This document shows, one piece after another, positions 8,438-16,476 of a stretch of DNA of 32,000 nt. Where the stretch lies: NCBI GenBank assembly GCA_031316235.1, contig JALDRA010000001.1, forward strand, positions 1,770,001 to 1,802,000, read 5' to 3'. Each line of letters opens with the position of its first letter. Position 1 is the stretch's first letter. The position numbers and the translations under genes are program-made. The notes below the pieces were generated by a model. The model was given only the letters and a program-made list of their open reading frames with translations, was not told the DNA's origin and made no database searches. The stretch comes from Candidatus Scalindua sp. Its GTDB lineage: Bacteria; Planctomycetota; Brocadiia; Brocadiales; Scalinduaceae.

Positions 8438-8860
8438 ATGTCTGATCTAAAAACAAAAATAAGAGATTTTTTAGGATCTGTCAAAACAGTTTCTGTTGCG
8501 ACGTGTATGAACAACTCCGCTTCATGCCGGATTATGGAAATTCAAAAGGTGGAAGATAACCTGGAAATATGGTTTGTTTCCCACAGGAGCTCACCCAAAG
8601 AGGAGCAAATTCATCAATGCAAGAATGCCTGTATTGTTTCCTTTAACAGTGAAATCTCTACGGATATCAGACTCTTTGGAACGTTTACTGTTTATGACGA
8701 TATGGAAACCAAGAAGTATATATGGAAAGATGAACTTGCATTGTACTTCAAAGGAGGCCTCAGTGATCCGGAGCTTACAGTTTTAAAATTTACCCCGGAA
8801 AAGCTCGAATACAGAGACATGAGGAAGGGAAGTTTAATGCCTGAGGTGGAAAATGTATAA
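8438..8860 (+). CDS. Pyridoxamine 5'-phosphate oxidase-like FMN-binding split-barrel protein (general-stress-protein-26-like)
   Basis: 140 aa. AAGGAG lies 5 nt upstream of the ATG. The pattern ...VSVATC...ARIMEI...LWFVS..SSPKEEQI....ACIVSF...IRLFGT..V.DD...K..IW resembles the PNPOx-like family. This was not verified by search. Confidence 0.55.
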   Translation: MSDLKTKIRDFLGSVKTVSVATCMNNSASCRIMEIQKVEDNLEIWFVSHRSSPKEEQIHQCKNACIVSFNSEISTDIRLFGTFTVYDDMETKKYIWKDELALYFKGGLSDPELTVLKFTPEKLEYRDMRKGSLMPEVENV

Positions 8861-9015
8861 AAATACTGATACGATTTTGATTCCCCGACTCCACCCGGAA
8901 TGGCTTCTCGCTGAGTGAAATCGAAGTGTAACAGACAGTGATATTCCTCTATGCATGGACTTACTGCGCTTTCGTTGAATCTTAAAACCGAAAAATGAGA
9001 TAAAGAAGTGGAAGT

Positions 9016-9405
9016 ATGGCAAAGAATCCCGATGAATGGATGAAACAGGCTGAGTACGATATGGAAACAGCCGAGTATTTGTATGAAGGGGGGAGACCTT
9101 TCTATTCTGTTTTTATGTGTCATCTCTCACTTGAAAAAGCATTGAAGGGAATCCATCAGAAGAAATTCAACGTAATAGCTTCAAGTATAAATAATCTCCC
9201 CTATCTTATTGAAAAAGTTCAATTACAGCTCCCCGAAGAGTTTTCTGATACGATTGCTTCCCTGAACAGAATGAGGGTCTTCCCCTACTACCCGGATAAC
9301 CTGCAGAAGATGCTGGACGGGTATGACAAGGAGAAAATGAGAGAAGTAATTACTCAAAGCAGGAAAGCTTTGAAATGGCTGAAGACAATGGAAAAAGGAA
9401 CATGA
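9016..9405 (+). CDS. HEPN domain protein (solo; no intact nucleotidyltransferase partner)
   Basis: 129 aa. WMKQAEYDMETAEYLYEGGRPFYSVFMCHLSLEKALKGI is the typical HEPN helix 1-2 pattern, and ...LNRMRVFPYYPD is the C-terminal R...YP segment. Confidence 0.7.
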   Translation: MAKNPDEWMKQAEYDMETAEYLYEGGRPFYSVFMCHLSLEKALKGIHQKKFNVIASSINNLPYLIEKVQLQLPEEFSDTIASLNRMRVFPYYPDNLQKMLDGYDKEKMREVITQSRKALKWLKTMEKGT

Positions 9406-9450
9406 AATTTCTGACCTGGCCATGAATGTCATACAAAAAGAATAAAACTG

Positions 9451-9481
9451 ACCAGAAGAAAACAACGATTTTCTGGTTTTT
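9451..9481 (+). terminator. Rho-independent terminator after the HEPN gene
   Basis: The stem pairs ACCAGAAGA (9451-9459) with ATTTTCTGGT (9468-9477), including one G-U pair. The loop is about 9 nt, and TTTTT follows at 9477-9481. Confidence 0.6.
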
Positions 9482-9546
9482 GGGCATTATCAACCAGAAC
9501 ATACATGGTGTGGAGATGGTAACAGACCTTTATAGAGAGGAAGTGA

Positions 9547-11319
9547 ATGAGGATATATTCATTACAAGATTTTATCAAATATTTAGACATACACGGTGAA
9601 CTGATACGGGTCAAGACCGAGGTTGATGCAAATCTGGAAACTACCGAGATCTCGATACGGGCGCTTAAGGAAGGAATGCCTGCCTTACTCTTTGAAAACG
9701 TTAAGGGCGCACGTTTTCCTCTTGCCATGAACGTGCTTGCCAGTGATAAGCGGATCGAGCTGGCACTGGGTAAGCATCCGGATCAGCTGGGGAAAGAGTT
9801 GATTACGTTTATGGAAGAAATCATGCCGCCAAAACCGAAGATCTTTTTCAAGCATCCGGACATATCGAAGCGACTGTATGCCACCATGCCTAAAATGACA
9901 CGAAGGCCCACATCTCAGGAAATAACGGGAAGTACAAGCTTATATGATCTTCCCGTTATAACCAGCTGGCCGGAAGATGGAGGACCCTTTATTACGTTAC
10001 CACAGGTCTTTACCTATGATCCACAGGACGGGAAACGAAATGTCGGGATGTATCGCATGCAGATCTTTGATAGCCAAACGACAGGAATGCACTGGCAGAT
10101 TCAAAAGGGTGGCGGTTTTCACTATTTCCGGTCTCAAAAACTGGGAAAGGAATTTGAGATTGCCGTGGCCTTGGGTACTGACCCAGCTCTTCTGCTTGCA
10201 ACAGTTGCGGCATTACCAGAAGGGATGGATGAAGTCATGTTCAGCGGATTCCTTCGCGGCAAAAGGACGAGGATGACGAAAGGTAAGAGCGTGTCAGTAA
10301 AGGTTCCTGCAGACGCAGAGTTTATCCTCGAAGGAAAGGTTCATTTAACAGACTTACGTATGGAGGGCCCTTTTGGTGATCACTTCGGCCATTATTCTCA
10401 TGCCTCAAAATTCCCCGTCTTTCACATAAATACAATAACACACAGAAAAAATGCCATCTACCCTGCAACCGTTGTAGGACGTCCGCCGATGGAAGATAAA
10501 TTCCTGGGCAATGCCACACAACAGGTTCTTGGGCCGCTTATCCGGTTGATTCACCCCGAAATTTCAGACCTGTGGGCCTACTACGAGGCTGGATTTCACA
10601 ATCTCCTCGTGGTTTCCGTAGAAGAACGCTATAGTAAAGAAGCGATGAAGACGGCCCTTTCAATAATGGGCGAGGGGCAGCTCTCACTGACTAAATGTGT
10701 CGTTACCGTTTCTCGAGGCGTTAACCCGCGTGACTTCAAGGCCATTTTAAAGGCGATTTACATGAATTTCAACCCGAAATATGATTTCATTATGATCCCG
10801 AAGGTACCTTTGGATACACTTGATTTTACGAGCTACAAAATGAACCTTGGAAGCAAGATGATTTTGGATGCAACAGAGAAACGAGGATTACATAAAACCG
10901 ACTCCAGAACAAATTCGCCTTCAGAGATTGATCAGTTGATAAAACACATTGACCGGAGAATAATTGACTCGAACCTTCTGGGAGAAACGTTATTAGTTAT
11001 CAAGGTGGCTGATAATGGGAGAGAGGTGGTCCGCACATTAACAAAATCAACCGAGCTTACCGGCCCAAAAATCATCGCGGCTGTTAGCCCGGATGTTGAC
11101 ATTTATGACCAGGAGCAGACCATATGGGGAATATTCACCCGGTTTGATGCTGAGCGTGATATTATGTTCCAGGAAGAAAAGCTGATTGGCATTAGCCCTC
11201 TCTTCAGTGGTAAAATGGGCATAGATGCGACCTGGAAAAAAGGGTATCCGGCACCACTGGTAATGACGGATGAAATAATTAACAAAGTAAACGATAGATG
11301 GGATGAATACTGGAAGTAA
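9547..11319 (+). CDS. UbiD-family (prenyl-FMN-dependent) decarboxylase, possibly a menaquinone-biosynthesis decarboxylase
   Basis: 590 aa. The N-terminus is LQDFIKYLDIHGELIRVKTEVDANLETTEISIRALKEGMPALLFENVKG. Later motifs are NVGMYRMQIFD and MEGPFGDHFGHYS (the UbiD EGPFGE-x-GYY region). GAGAGGA lies upstream of the ATG. Confidence 0.85.
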   Translation: MRIYSLQDFIKYLDIHGELIRVKTEVDANLETTEISIRALKEGMPALLFENVKGARFPLAMNVLASDKRIELALGKHPDQLGKELITFMEEIMPPKPKIFFKHPDISKRLYATMPKMTRRPTSQEITGSTSLYDLPVITSWPEDGGPFITLPQVFTYDPQDGKRNVGMYRMQIFDSQTTGMHWQIQKGGGFHYFRSQKLGKEFEIAVALGTDPALLLATVAALPEGMDEVMFSGFLRGKRTRMTKGKSVSVKVPADAEFILEGKVHLTDLRMEGPFGDHFGHYSHASKFPVFHINTITHRKNAIYPATVVGRPPMEDKFLGNATQQVLGPLIRLIHPEISDLWAYYEAGFHNLLVVSVEERYSKEAMKTALSIMGEGQLSLTKCVVTVSRGVNPRDFKAILKAIYMNFNPKYDFIMIPKVPLDTLDFTSYKMNLGSKMILDATEKRGLHKTDSRTNSPSEIDQLIKHIDRRIIDSNLLGETLLVIKVADNGREVVRTLTKSTELTGPKIIAAVSPDVDIYDQEQTIWGIFTRFDAERDIMFQEEKLIGISPLFSGKMGIDATWKKGYPAPLVMTDEIINKVNDRWDEYWK

Positions 11320-11347
11320 ATTCGTTTCTATCTGATCAGGAGCTACC

Positions 11348-11596
11348 ATGGCAGATAATCATAAGCTTACCATGGAAATCACAGGAATGCAGGAATGTCC
11401 CGCAATGCATGTGCAAAAAGATTAGAAAAAACCCTTGGATCAATAAAGAGTAACAAAGATACGACGGCCAACTTTGCGACAAGGAAGGCAACTGTCACGA
11501 GCGGATAAGAAACAGGTCTTTGGGGATGGAAGTAATGGCGCACCGGCCATTTTGCCTTACCTACTTAAGGCAGAGACAACAAACAGCCGGTTGTAA
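11348..11596 (+). pseudogene. Collapsed relic of a heavy-metal (CopA-type, P1B) ATPase: broken HMA domain joined to the GDGxNDxPAL hinge motif
   Basis: From ATG 11348 the frame reads MADNHKLTMEITGMQEC..., stopping at 11421-11423. A second frame continues SRNACAKRLEKTLGSIKSNKDTTANFATRKATVTSG* and ends at 11508. A third segment reads KQVFGDGSNGAPAIL...* and ends at 11596. See finding. Confidence 0.6.
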
Positions 11597-11643
11597 CACG
11601 CCCGCACTCATCTGCACCTCTCAATAGCGAATGGAAAAGATTT

Positions 11644-11913
11644 TTATAACACTTCAACAACTTCGCTGCGCAGCAGCTGTAAGGCCCTTATCTCCTGTTT
11701 AATAGACTCAATTGCTTCTCGTTGCTCCTCTTGAAGTCTTTTTTCTTCCAGAATCGCACTCACCGCTGATCTTTGTGCCGTCGCAACATCTACCGTTGCA
11801 TAGTAATCTTTTACTGCATGTACAGGAATATCCTTTACAACGTATTCATCGTAATTATCATATGCCGTTGAACCGAAAAACAGGAAAACAGTTGCTACAA
11901 TAAGCTTGCCCAT
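11644..11913 (-). CDS. Small secreted or membrane-anchored coiled-coil protein, unknown function
   Basis: 89 aa. A strong SD (AGGAGG) lies 6 nt upstream of the ATG. The N-terminus is hydrophobic (MGKLIVATVFLFFGSTA). The C-terminus has a heptad-like charged helix (EEKRLQEEQREAIESIKQEIRALQLL). Confidence 0.55.
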   Translation of the reverse strand: MGKLIVATVFLFFGSTAYDNYDEYVVKDIPVHAVKDYYATVDVATAQRSAVSAILEEKRLQEEQREAIESIKQEIRALQLLRSEVVEVL

Positions 11914-11973
11914 ATTACACCTCCTGTTAAAAAAGACAAATATTGAAGCTCACATTATGACAAATGAAGAACT

Positions 11974-12040
11974 GCTCGAAACTCGAAACTCGAAACTCGA
12001 AACTCGAAACTCGAAACTCGAAACTCGAAACTCGAAACTC
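11974..12040. repeat. Heptanucleotide tandem repeat (ACTCGAA)n
   Basis: Eight perfect ACTCGAA units span 11981-12036. A 1-mismatch unit (GCTCGAA, 11974-11980) precedes them and a partial unit (ACTC) follows. I counted these directly from the sequence. Confidence 0.95.
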
Positions 12041-12289
12041 AAGATTACTGCTTTTTATCGATAAAGTCAAATAAATAATTCATCCGCACACCCATGACTC
12101 TTTTAAAAATCCGTCACTATTTATCATTTCCCCACAAACAGGATTTAAAGATCTATGCGTTCTGCAGATAATCTCACATATGTTTCGTTGTTATCACTAT
12201 TCCTGATGAAGTGCGGCACAACAGGTAATTGAAGATCCGTTCAAAAAAATCTGTTCCTGATACGTGACGAAACGCACAGATCATTCAGG

Positions 12290-13330
12290 CTAAGCTCCTG
12301 ACTCCTCTTCGGTTTCTTCCTCACCCTCTTCTTCTACCGCAGCACGCTTTTTCTCTCTCTTAAAAACTATATAGAGATATGCAAAAGATATGAAACCAAT
12401 GATGGATGCTATTATAGTAAGTTTGAGTTCAACCGAGTTGATGGTGACGAACGCCTCCGCCTTATCTATCTCGACAATAAGTACCCAGTTCATAAAATTA
12501 AGGTTTAAAGGTGTATACGCACTTAAAACGGTTACCCCTCGATAATCTTCTATTATAGCGGTACCGACATACCCTTCAAATGCCTCTCTCGTAGCTTTCG
12601 TGTCGACCTTTTTTTGCATAATGGTCGGTTTTACAGAAAACCGTGAATTTGACCTCATGAATCCATCATCTCCCACGAGATACGATTCTCCTGTTTTTTC
12701 CAAACCTGTTCTCTGTGTTAACATGCTATCCAAATGAGAGAACGGAATCTCTATTATCAATACACCCAATAACTCATTTGCCTCAAAGACCGGTGCTGCA
12801 AAATAGGAGGTAAATTCACTCACTGTAGCGTTCCATGTATAATCCTCAAAGTTTACCTCCATCAAACCGTGTTTAAAAACACTTGCAATGTTATTATGTT
12901 TGTAAGCTCCCGTAAGCAAATTAGTCCCCGTAAACTCTTCCTTTATGACCGAAAACATCACCTCGCCATCCTTCTCGACAAAAAAAATGTTTACATAGCC
13001 ATAATCAAAGACATAGTACTCCATTAATGGCTGATACAGATCCAGAATTGTGGAAAATTGTGAACTTGAGTAACCGAAGGTATGCAAAGCGTTAGCTAAA
13101 CGGGTGAATCCCTGAGCAATGACAGGGTTCCTCGAAAGGACATCAATATCACCGTACCTTTCGTTGAAATAGTTCCATATCTGGAGCTTCAGAATGTCCC
13201 GCACCGTAATGATATGGTTAAAATTTTTCACCTTTAATTTATTTTTAAACGCATTATAGCTTACAAAAGGGACGATCAATAAGAAGGTCAAAATGGCTAT
13301 TCCAAACACTATTGTTATCTTTTTTACCAT
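12290..13330 (-). CDS. Membrane protein with a periplasmic Cache-like (double-Cache-sized) sensor domain and no cytoplasmic output domain
   Basis: 346 aa. An N-terminal TM helix (ITIVFGIAILTFLLIVPFV) is followed by about 265 extracytoplasmic residues. These carry Cache-type motifs (GESYLVGDDGFMRSNSRF; YRGVTVLSAYTPLNLNFMNWVLIVEIDKAEAF). A second TM helix follows (LTIIASIIGFISFAYLYIVF). The protein ends in a roughly 25-aa acidic tail (REKKRAAVEEEGEEETEEESGA). Confidence 0.65.
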   Translation of the reverse strand: MVKKITIVFGIAILTFLLIVPFVSYNAFKNKLKVKNFNHIITVRDILKLQIWNYFNERYGDIDVLSRNPVIAQGFTRLANALHTFGYSSSQFSTILDLYQPLMEYYVFDYGYVNIFFVEKDGEVMFSVIKEEFTGTNLLTGAYKHNNIASVFKHGLMEVNFEDYTWNATVSEFTSYFAAPVFEANELLGVLIIEIPFSHLDSMLTQRTGLEKTGESYLVGDDGFMRSNSRFSVKPTIMQKKVDTKATREAFEGYVGTAIIEDYRGVTVLSAYTPLNLNFMNWVLIVEIDKAEAFVTINSVELKLTIIASIIGFISFAYLYIVFKREKKRAAVEEEGEEETEEESGA

Positions 13331-13573
13331 AGGGATAATTTCCGTTATTCAGATTAAAAATAGATGAAAGTAAGAATCTCTGGATCTTTGAGGGCGACTA
13401 TTTATTCAGCCAAAACCGACCAGAACAGAACCTGATGAAGCTATTTCCAGAATATCGTGCATGCTATATATTTTGCAATGGAAAGTCAAGGCCTAGTTTA
13501 CCCGGCATTTCCCACAGTTATACATACTCAAAAATTCACTTTTAATACTATTGGGTTATGAAGAATCGAAAAA

Positions 13574-13951
13574 TTACTTCTTTATCACAAAAAAAGTTAA
13601 CGCCATGAGCTGGAACACCACCGCAAGGAGTAAAGTTGAATGCAAATCTCCGTGCCTGTTGATATAAGCAAATATCAATGTCCCAAAAACAAAGCACTGT
13701 GCTACTGCGGCAATAATGTTTAACCAGGAACCTGTTTCATAGGTCAGTATTCTCTTTATACTCTTTACCTCGTTAAGAATTGACTCATAGAAGAAACTCA
13801 GCTCGTCAAACCCTTTCTCTTTTTTCCTGCCGAGCATAGCCGTGCATTCCTGACAAACCAACTGCCCATAACGTTCCGTAGTTACTCCGGATTCCAGGTC
13901 TGCCTGAGAGATACTTTTTTTACATCTGCCACAAAGTCTGATTTCTGCCAC
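13574..13951 (-). CDS. Zinc-ribbon (CxxC...CxxC) protein with two C-terminal TM helices, unknown function
   Basis: 125 aa. It has CGRC...(21 aa)...CQEC at the N-terminus and two hydrophobic helices at the C-terminus. It begins 10 nt after the response-regulator stop, so it is probably co-transcribed. Confidence 0.55.
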   Translation of the reverse strand: MAEIRLCGRCKKSISQADLESGVTTERYGQLVCQECTAMLGRKKEKGFDELSFFYESILNEVKSIKRILTYETGSWLNIIAAVAQCFVFGTLIFAYINRHGDLHSTLLLAVVFQLMALTFFVIKK

Positions 13952-13961
13952 CTTTTCATCC

Positions 13962-15320
13962 TCACTTTAAACCATATTTGTCAAGTTTTCTATAAAGCGT
14001 CCGCTCTCCAATTCCAAGTATTTTTGCAGTTTCACCTCTGTTTCCATTTACGTATGCCAATGTTTTTGTTATTAATTCTTTCTCCATTTCATCCAGGGTC
14101 ATCCCTACGGGGAAAACAGGGCCCGGCAGTGCCGTTTTATTACTTTTATAAATGTGCTCGGGTATATTGGTACTATCCAAAACACCGTTCATCGAAAAAA
14201 TAATCATACTTTCGATACAATTTTTCAGTTCTCTCACATTACCCGGCCAGCTATACTGAAAGAGAATCTTTCTTGCTTCAGGAGTAATACCTTTAATTTT
14301 TTTTCCATGTTTACTGGAAAATTCCTGAATAAATGCATCAATCAATAAAAAAATATCTTCCTGTCTCTCTCTTAAAGGGGGGAGCCTGAGACATACAACA
14401 TTAAACCTAAAGTACAAGTCCTCTCTAAATATTCCCTCTTCTACCAGCTTTCCGAGATCTTTATTTGTGGCGGCAAGGATTCTAACATCTACCTTTATAG
14501 TTTCATTGCTGCCGACACGCATAATCCTTCCATCCTCAATGACTCTTAACAGCTTTACCTGAGTTGAGAGCGGCATATCGCCGACCTCATCAAGAAACAA
14601 GGTACCGTTGTTTGCGTATTCGAATTTTCCCAACCTCTGATTCAAGGCACCCGTAAAGGCCCCTTTTACATGTCCAAACAATTCACTCTCCAGAAGAGTA
14701 TCGGCAATTGCGGCTGAATTTAAGGCAACAAATGGGTTATTTTTACGGGGGCCGGTATAATGGATAGCCCTGGCTATGAGCTCCTTTCCCGTACCGCTTT
14801 CACCTACTATCAATACTGTTGCAGTAGTAGAAGCGATCTGTTTCAGTATGTGAAAAATCCTGTGCATTGGTTGGCTGTTTCCTGTAATACCAGCAAATCC
14901 ATACTTCTCTTCAAGTTGTATATGCAGCTCTCTGTTTCGCCTTACCAGATATTGTTTTTCCACCGCTTTATCTACTACTGCCCTTAGATGATCAATGTTT
15001 ACCGGCTTCAAGAGATAGGTAACTGCACCTTTCTGCATTGCGGCAACAGCATTCTCAATACTTCCATGACCCGTAATTAAGATAACCTCAGTTTCCGGTG
15101 AAATTTCCTTTGTAACTTTTAATATTTCCATTCCATCTATGTTGTGCATTATCAGGTCTGTGATCACAATATCGATATCACTATTTTTTATTATCTCAAG
15201 ACCTTTGCTGCCACTCGTTACGGTGGAACATTTGTATCCTATTTTACTCAGACTTTCAGCAAGTGCCGCAGCCTGATTTTCTTCATCATCTATAATCAAA
15301 ACATGTGCTTCCCGTATCAT
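13962..15320 (-). CDS. sigma54-dependent response regulator (REC + AAA+ + Fis-type HTH; NtrC family)
   Basis: REC domain (VLIIDDE...VITDLIMHNIDG), Walker A GESGTGKE, sigma54-contact loop GAFTGA, Walker B LFLDEVG, and the C-terminal HTH AKILGIGERTLYRKL. Confidence 0.92.
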   Translation of the reverse strand: MIREAHVLIIDDEENQAAALAESLSKIGYKCSTVTSGSKGLEIIKNSDIDIVITDLIMHNIDGMEILKVTKEISPETEVILITGHGSIENAVAAMQKGAVTYLLKPVNIDHLRAVVDKAVEKQYLVRRNRELHIQLEEKYGFAGITGNSQPMHRIFHILKQIASTTATVLIVGESGTGKELIARAIHYTGPRKNNPFVALNSAAIADTLLESELFGHVKGAFTGALNQRLGKFEYANNGTLFLDEVGDMPLSTQVKLLRVIEDGRIMRVGSNETIKVDVRILAATNKDLGKLVEEGIFREDLYFRFNVVCLRLPPLRERQEDIFLLIDAFIQEFSSKHGKKIKGITPEARKILFQYSWPGNVRELKNCIESMIIFSMNGVLDSTNIPEHIYKSNKTALPGPVFPVGMTLDEMEKELITKTLAYVNGNRGETAKILGIGERTLYRKLDKYGLK

Positions 15321-16036
15321 ATCTCTCTGTGTCCCGGTTTGGATTTAAATGGTATTTGGATCAAAAAACTACTCCCTTTTCCTTCCTCACTATGAACGGT
15401 GATCGTACCTTTATGCTCTTCAATAATCCTTTTCACAGTAGGAAGCCCGAGTCCGGTTCCCGACTTCTTTGTTGAATAATAGACCTGGTAGATTTTATCA
15501 ATTTTGTCTGAAGGGATTCCATACCCCGTGTCTGTTATGTCAATAAAGATATTTTCACTATTCTGGAAGGTCCGCACCATAAGTTCTCCACCTTCAGACA
15601 TGGCTTGCTGGGCATTAAGGATAACATTCAACAATGCCTGTTTTATCACATTACGGTCCAGATTACATTTTGGAAGATCTGCATCAAAATTCTTAAGAAT
15701 CCTAATGGAATTTTGCATTGCTTCAGGAGCAACAAAATCTAATACATTTCCGATGATTTCATTGATATCGCATTTCTCGAAATTGAGTTCATGTTTCTTG
15801 GTAAATCGTAAGAAATCGCCCAGTATGTCTTGCAGCCGGAACACCTCTTTTTGTAACAATTGTATCCTGCTAAGCATTTTTTTGCCTGTCTTTGAGGAGT
15901 CTGCCTGCAAATCTTCATTAAGCAATTGCAGATTAACACTGATCGTGTTCAGAGGATTTTTTATTTCGTGGACTAAACCTGCAGCTAATGTGTTTAGATG
16001 TTCCGACCTATCAGACTCCCTGTTATTCTTTATCAT
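15317..16036 (-). CDS. Cytoplasmic histidine kinase with DHp + HATPase core only (no sensor or TM domain)
   Basis: 239 aa. H-box LAAGLVHEIKNPLNTI, N-box NVILNAQQAM, G-boxes DTGYGIP and GTGLGL. Its stop overlaps the regulator start (ATGA at 15317-15320). Confidence 0.88.
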   Translation of the reverse strand: MIKNNRESDRSEHLNTLAAGLVHEIKNPLNTISVNLQLLNEDLQADSSKTGKKMLSRIQLLQKEVFRLQDILGDFLRFTKKHELNFEKCDINEIIGNVLDFVAPEAMQNSIRILKNFDADLPKCNLDRNVIKQALLNVILNAQQAMSEGGELMVRTFQNSENIFIDITDTGYGIPSDKIDKIYQVYYSTKKSGTGLGLPTVKRIIEEHKGTITVHSEEGKGSSFLIQIPFKSKPGHREI

Positions 16037-16066
16037 TTCTGCCGGGTGTCACCCTATATACGTTAA

Positions 16067-16115
16067 CAAAAAAGAAGCCAGGAAGCTAAGTATATCTACT
16101 AAACTTTCCTGGCTT
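16067..16115 (-). terminator. Rho-independent terminator of csp
   Basis: On the (-) strand a 9-bp stem pairs AGCCAGGAA with TTCCTGGCT (plus-strand coordinates 16107-16115 and 16077-16085). A T-rich tail TCTTTTTTGTT follows (plus-strand A-run 16067-16076). The structure starts 18 nt after the csp stop. Confidence 0.7.
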
Positions 16116-16132
16116 AATGGTAGTCACAAAGA

Positions 16133-16348
16133 TTATTCGCTGCTGTCAGGCTTTATGACATTTTGTGCCTGTAAACCTTTTGCACCTTCAACGATATCAA
16201 ACTCAACGTCATCCCCATCCTCTAGAACTTTAAAACCTTGACCCGAAATGTTTGAATAGTGAACAAACACATCACTACCCCCTTCTTGTTGAATAAACCC
16301 GAACCCTTTTTTTGCATCAAACCACTTTACGGTACCTTTGTTAGACAT
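16133..16348 (-). CDS. csp: Cold-shock protein (CspA family)
   Basis: [34 protein letters not shown] contains RNP1 (KGFGFI) and RNP2 (VFVHY). I set the start at the internal ATG (16348) because GAGGAG lies 5-6 nt upstream of it. The ORF-track start at 16372 adds 8 atypical codons. Confidence 0.92.
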   Translation of the reverse strand: MSNKGTVKWFDAKKGFGFIQQEGGSDVFVHYSNISGQGFKVLEDGDDVEFDIVEGAKGLQAQNVIKPDSSE

Positions 16349-16476
16349 CTTTTCTCCTCGTAAAAAAAACATATTACAAATAAAAATATTACGACTCAGT
16401 GATATTTTTTGCCCTTCTCCCTCCTATAAAAAATATGCAAAAACTCGATACAGAAAAAAATAGTCTAGGTTTTTAA

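Noticed and set aside
8692-9123. 143-aa ORF on the - strand (also 8834-9022)
   Set aside because: It spans the 3' end of the PNPOx-like gene and the 5' end of the HEPN gene in antisense. It has no motif and no SD.
9771-9786. sigma54-like -24/-12 element TGGCACTGGGTAAGCA (GG-N10-GC spacing correct)
   Set aside because: It lies inside the UbiD-family coding sequence on the same strand, 225 nt after its start, with no downstream gene to serve. A single match of this degeneracy is expected by chance in 32 kb.
11974-12040. Possibility that the repeat array is a CRISPR array or encodes a repeat peptide
   Set aside because: The units are 7 bp and contiguous with no spacers. No ORF of meaningful length crosses the array on either strand.
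15504-16241. 245-aa ORF on the + strand
   Set aside because: It lies antisense to the well-supported histidine kinase and runs across the csp terminator. It is Ser/Cys/Phe-rich with low complexity and has no SD, so it is a shadow ORF.
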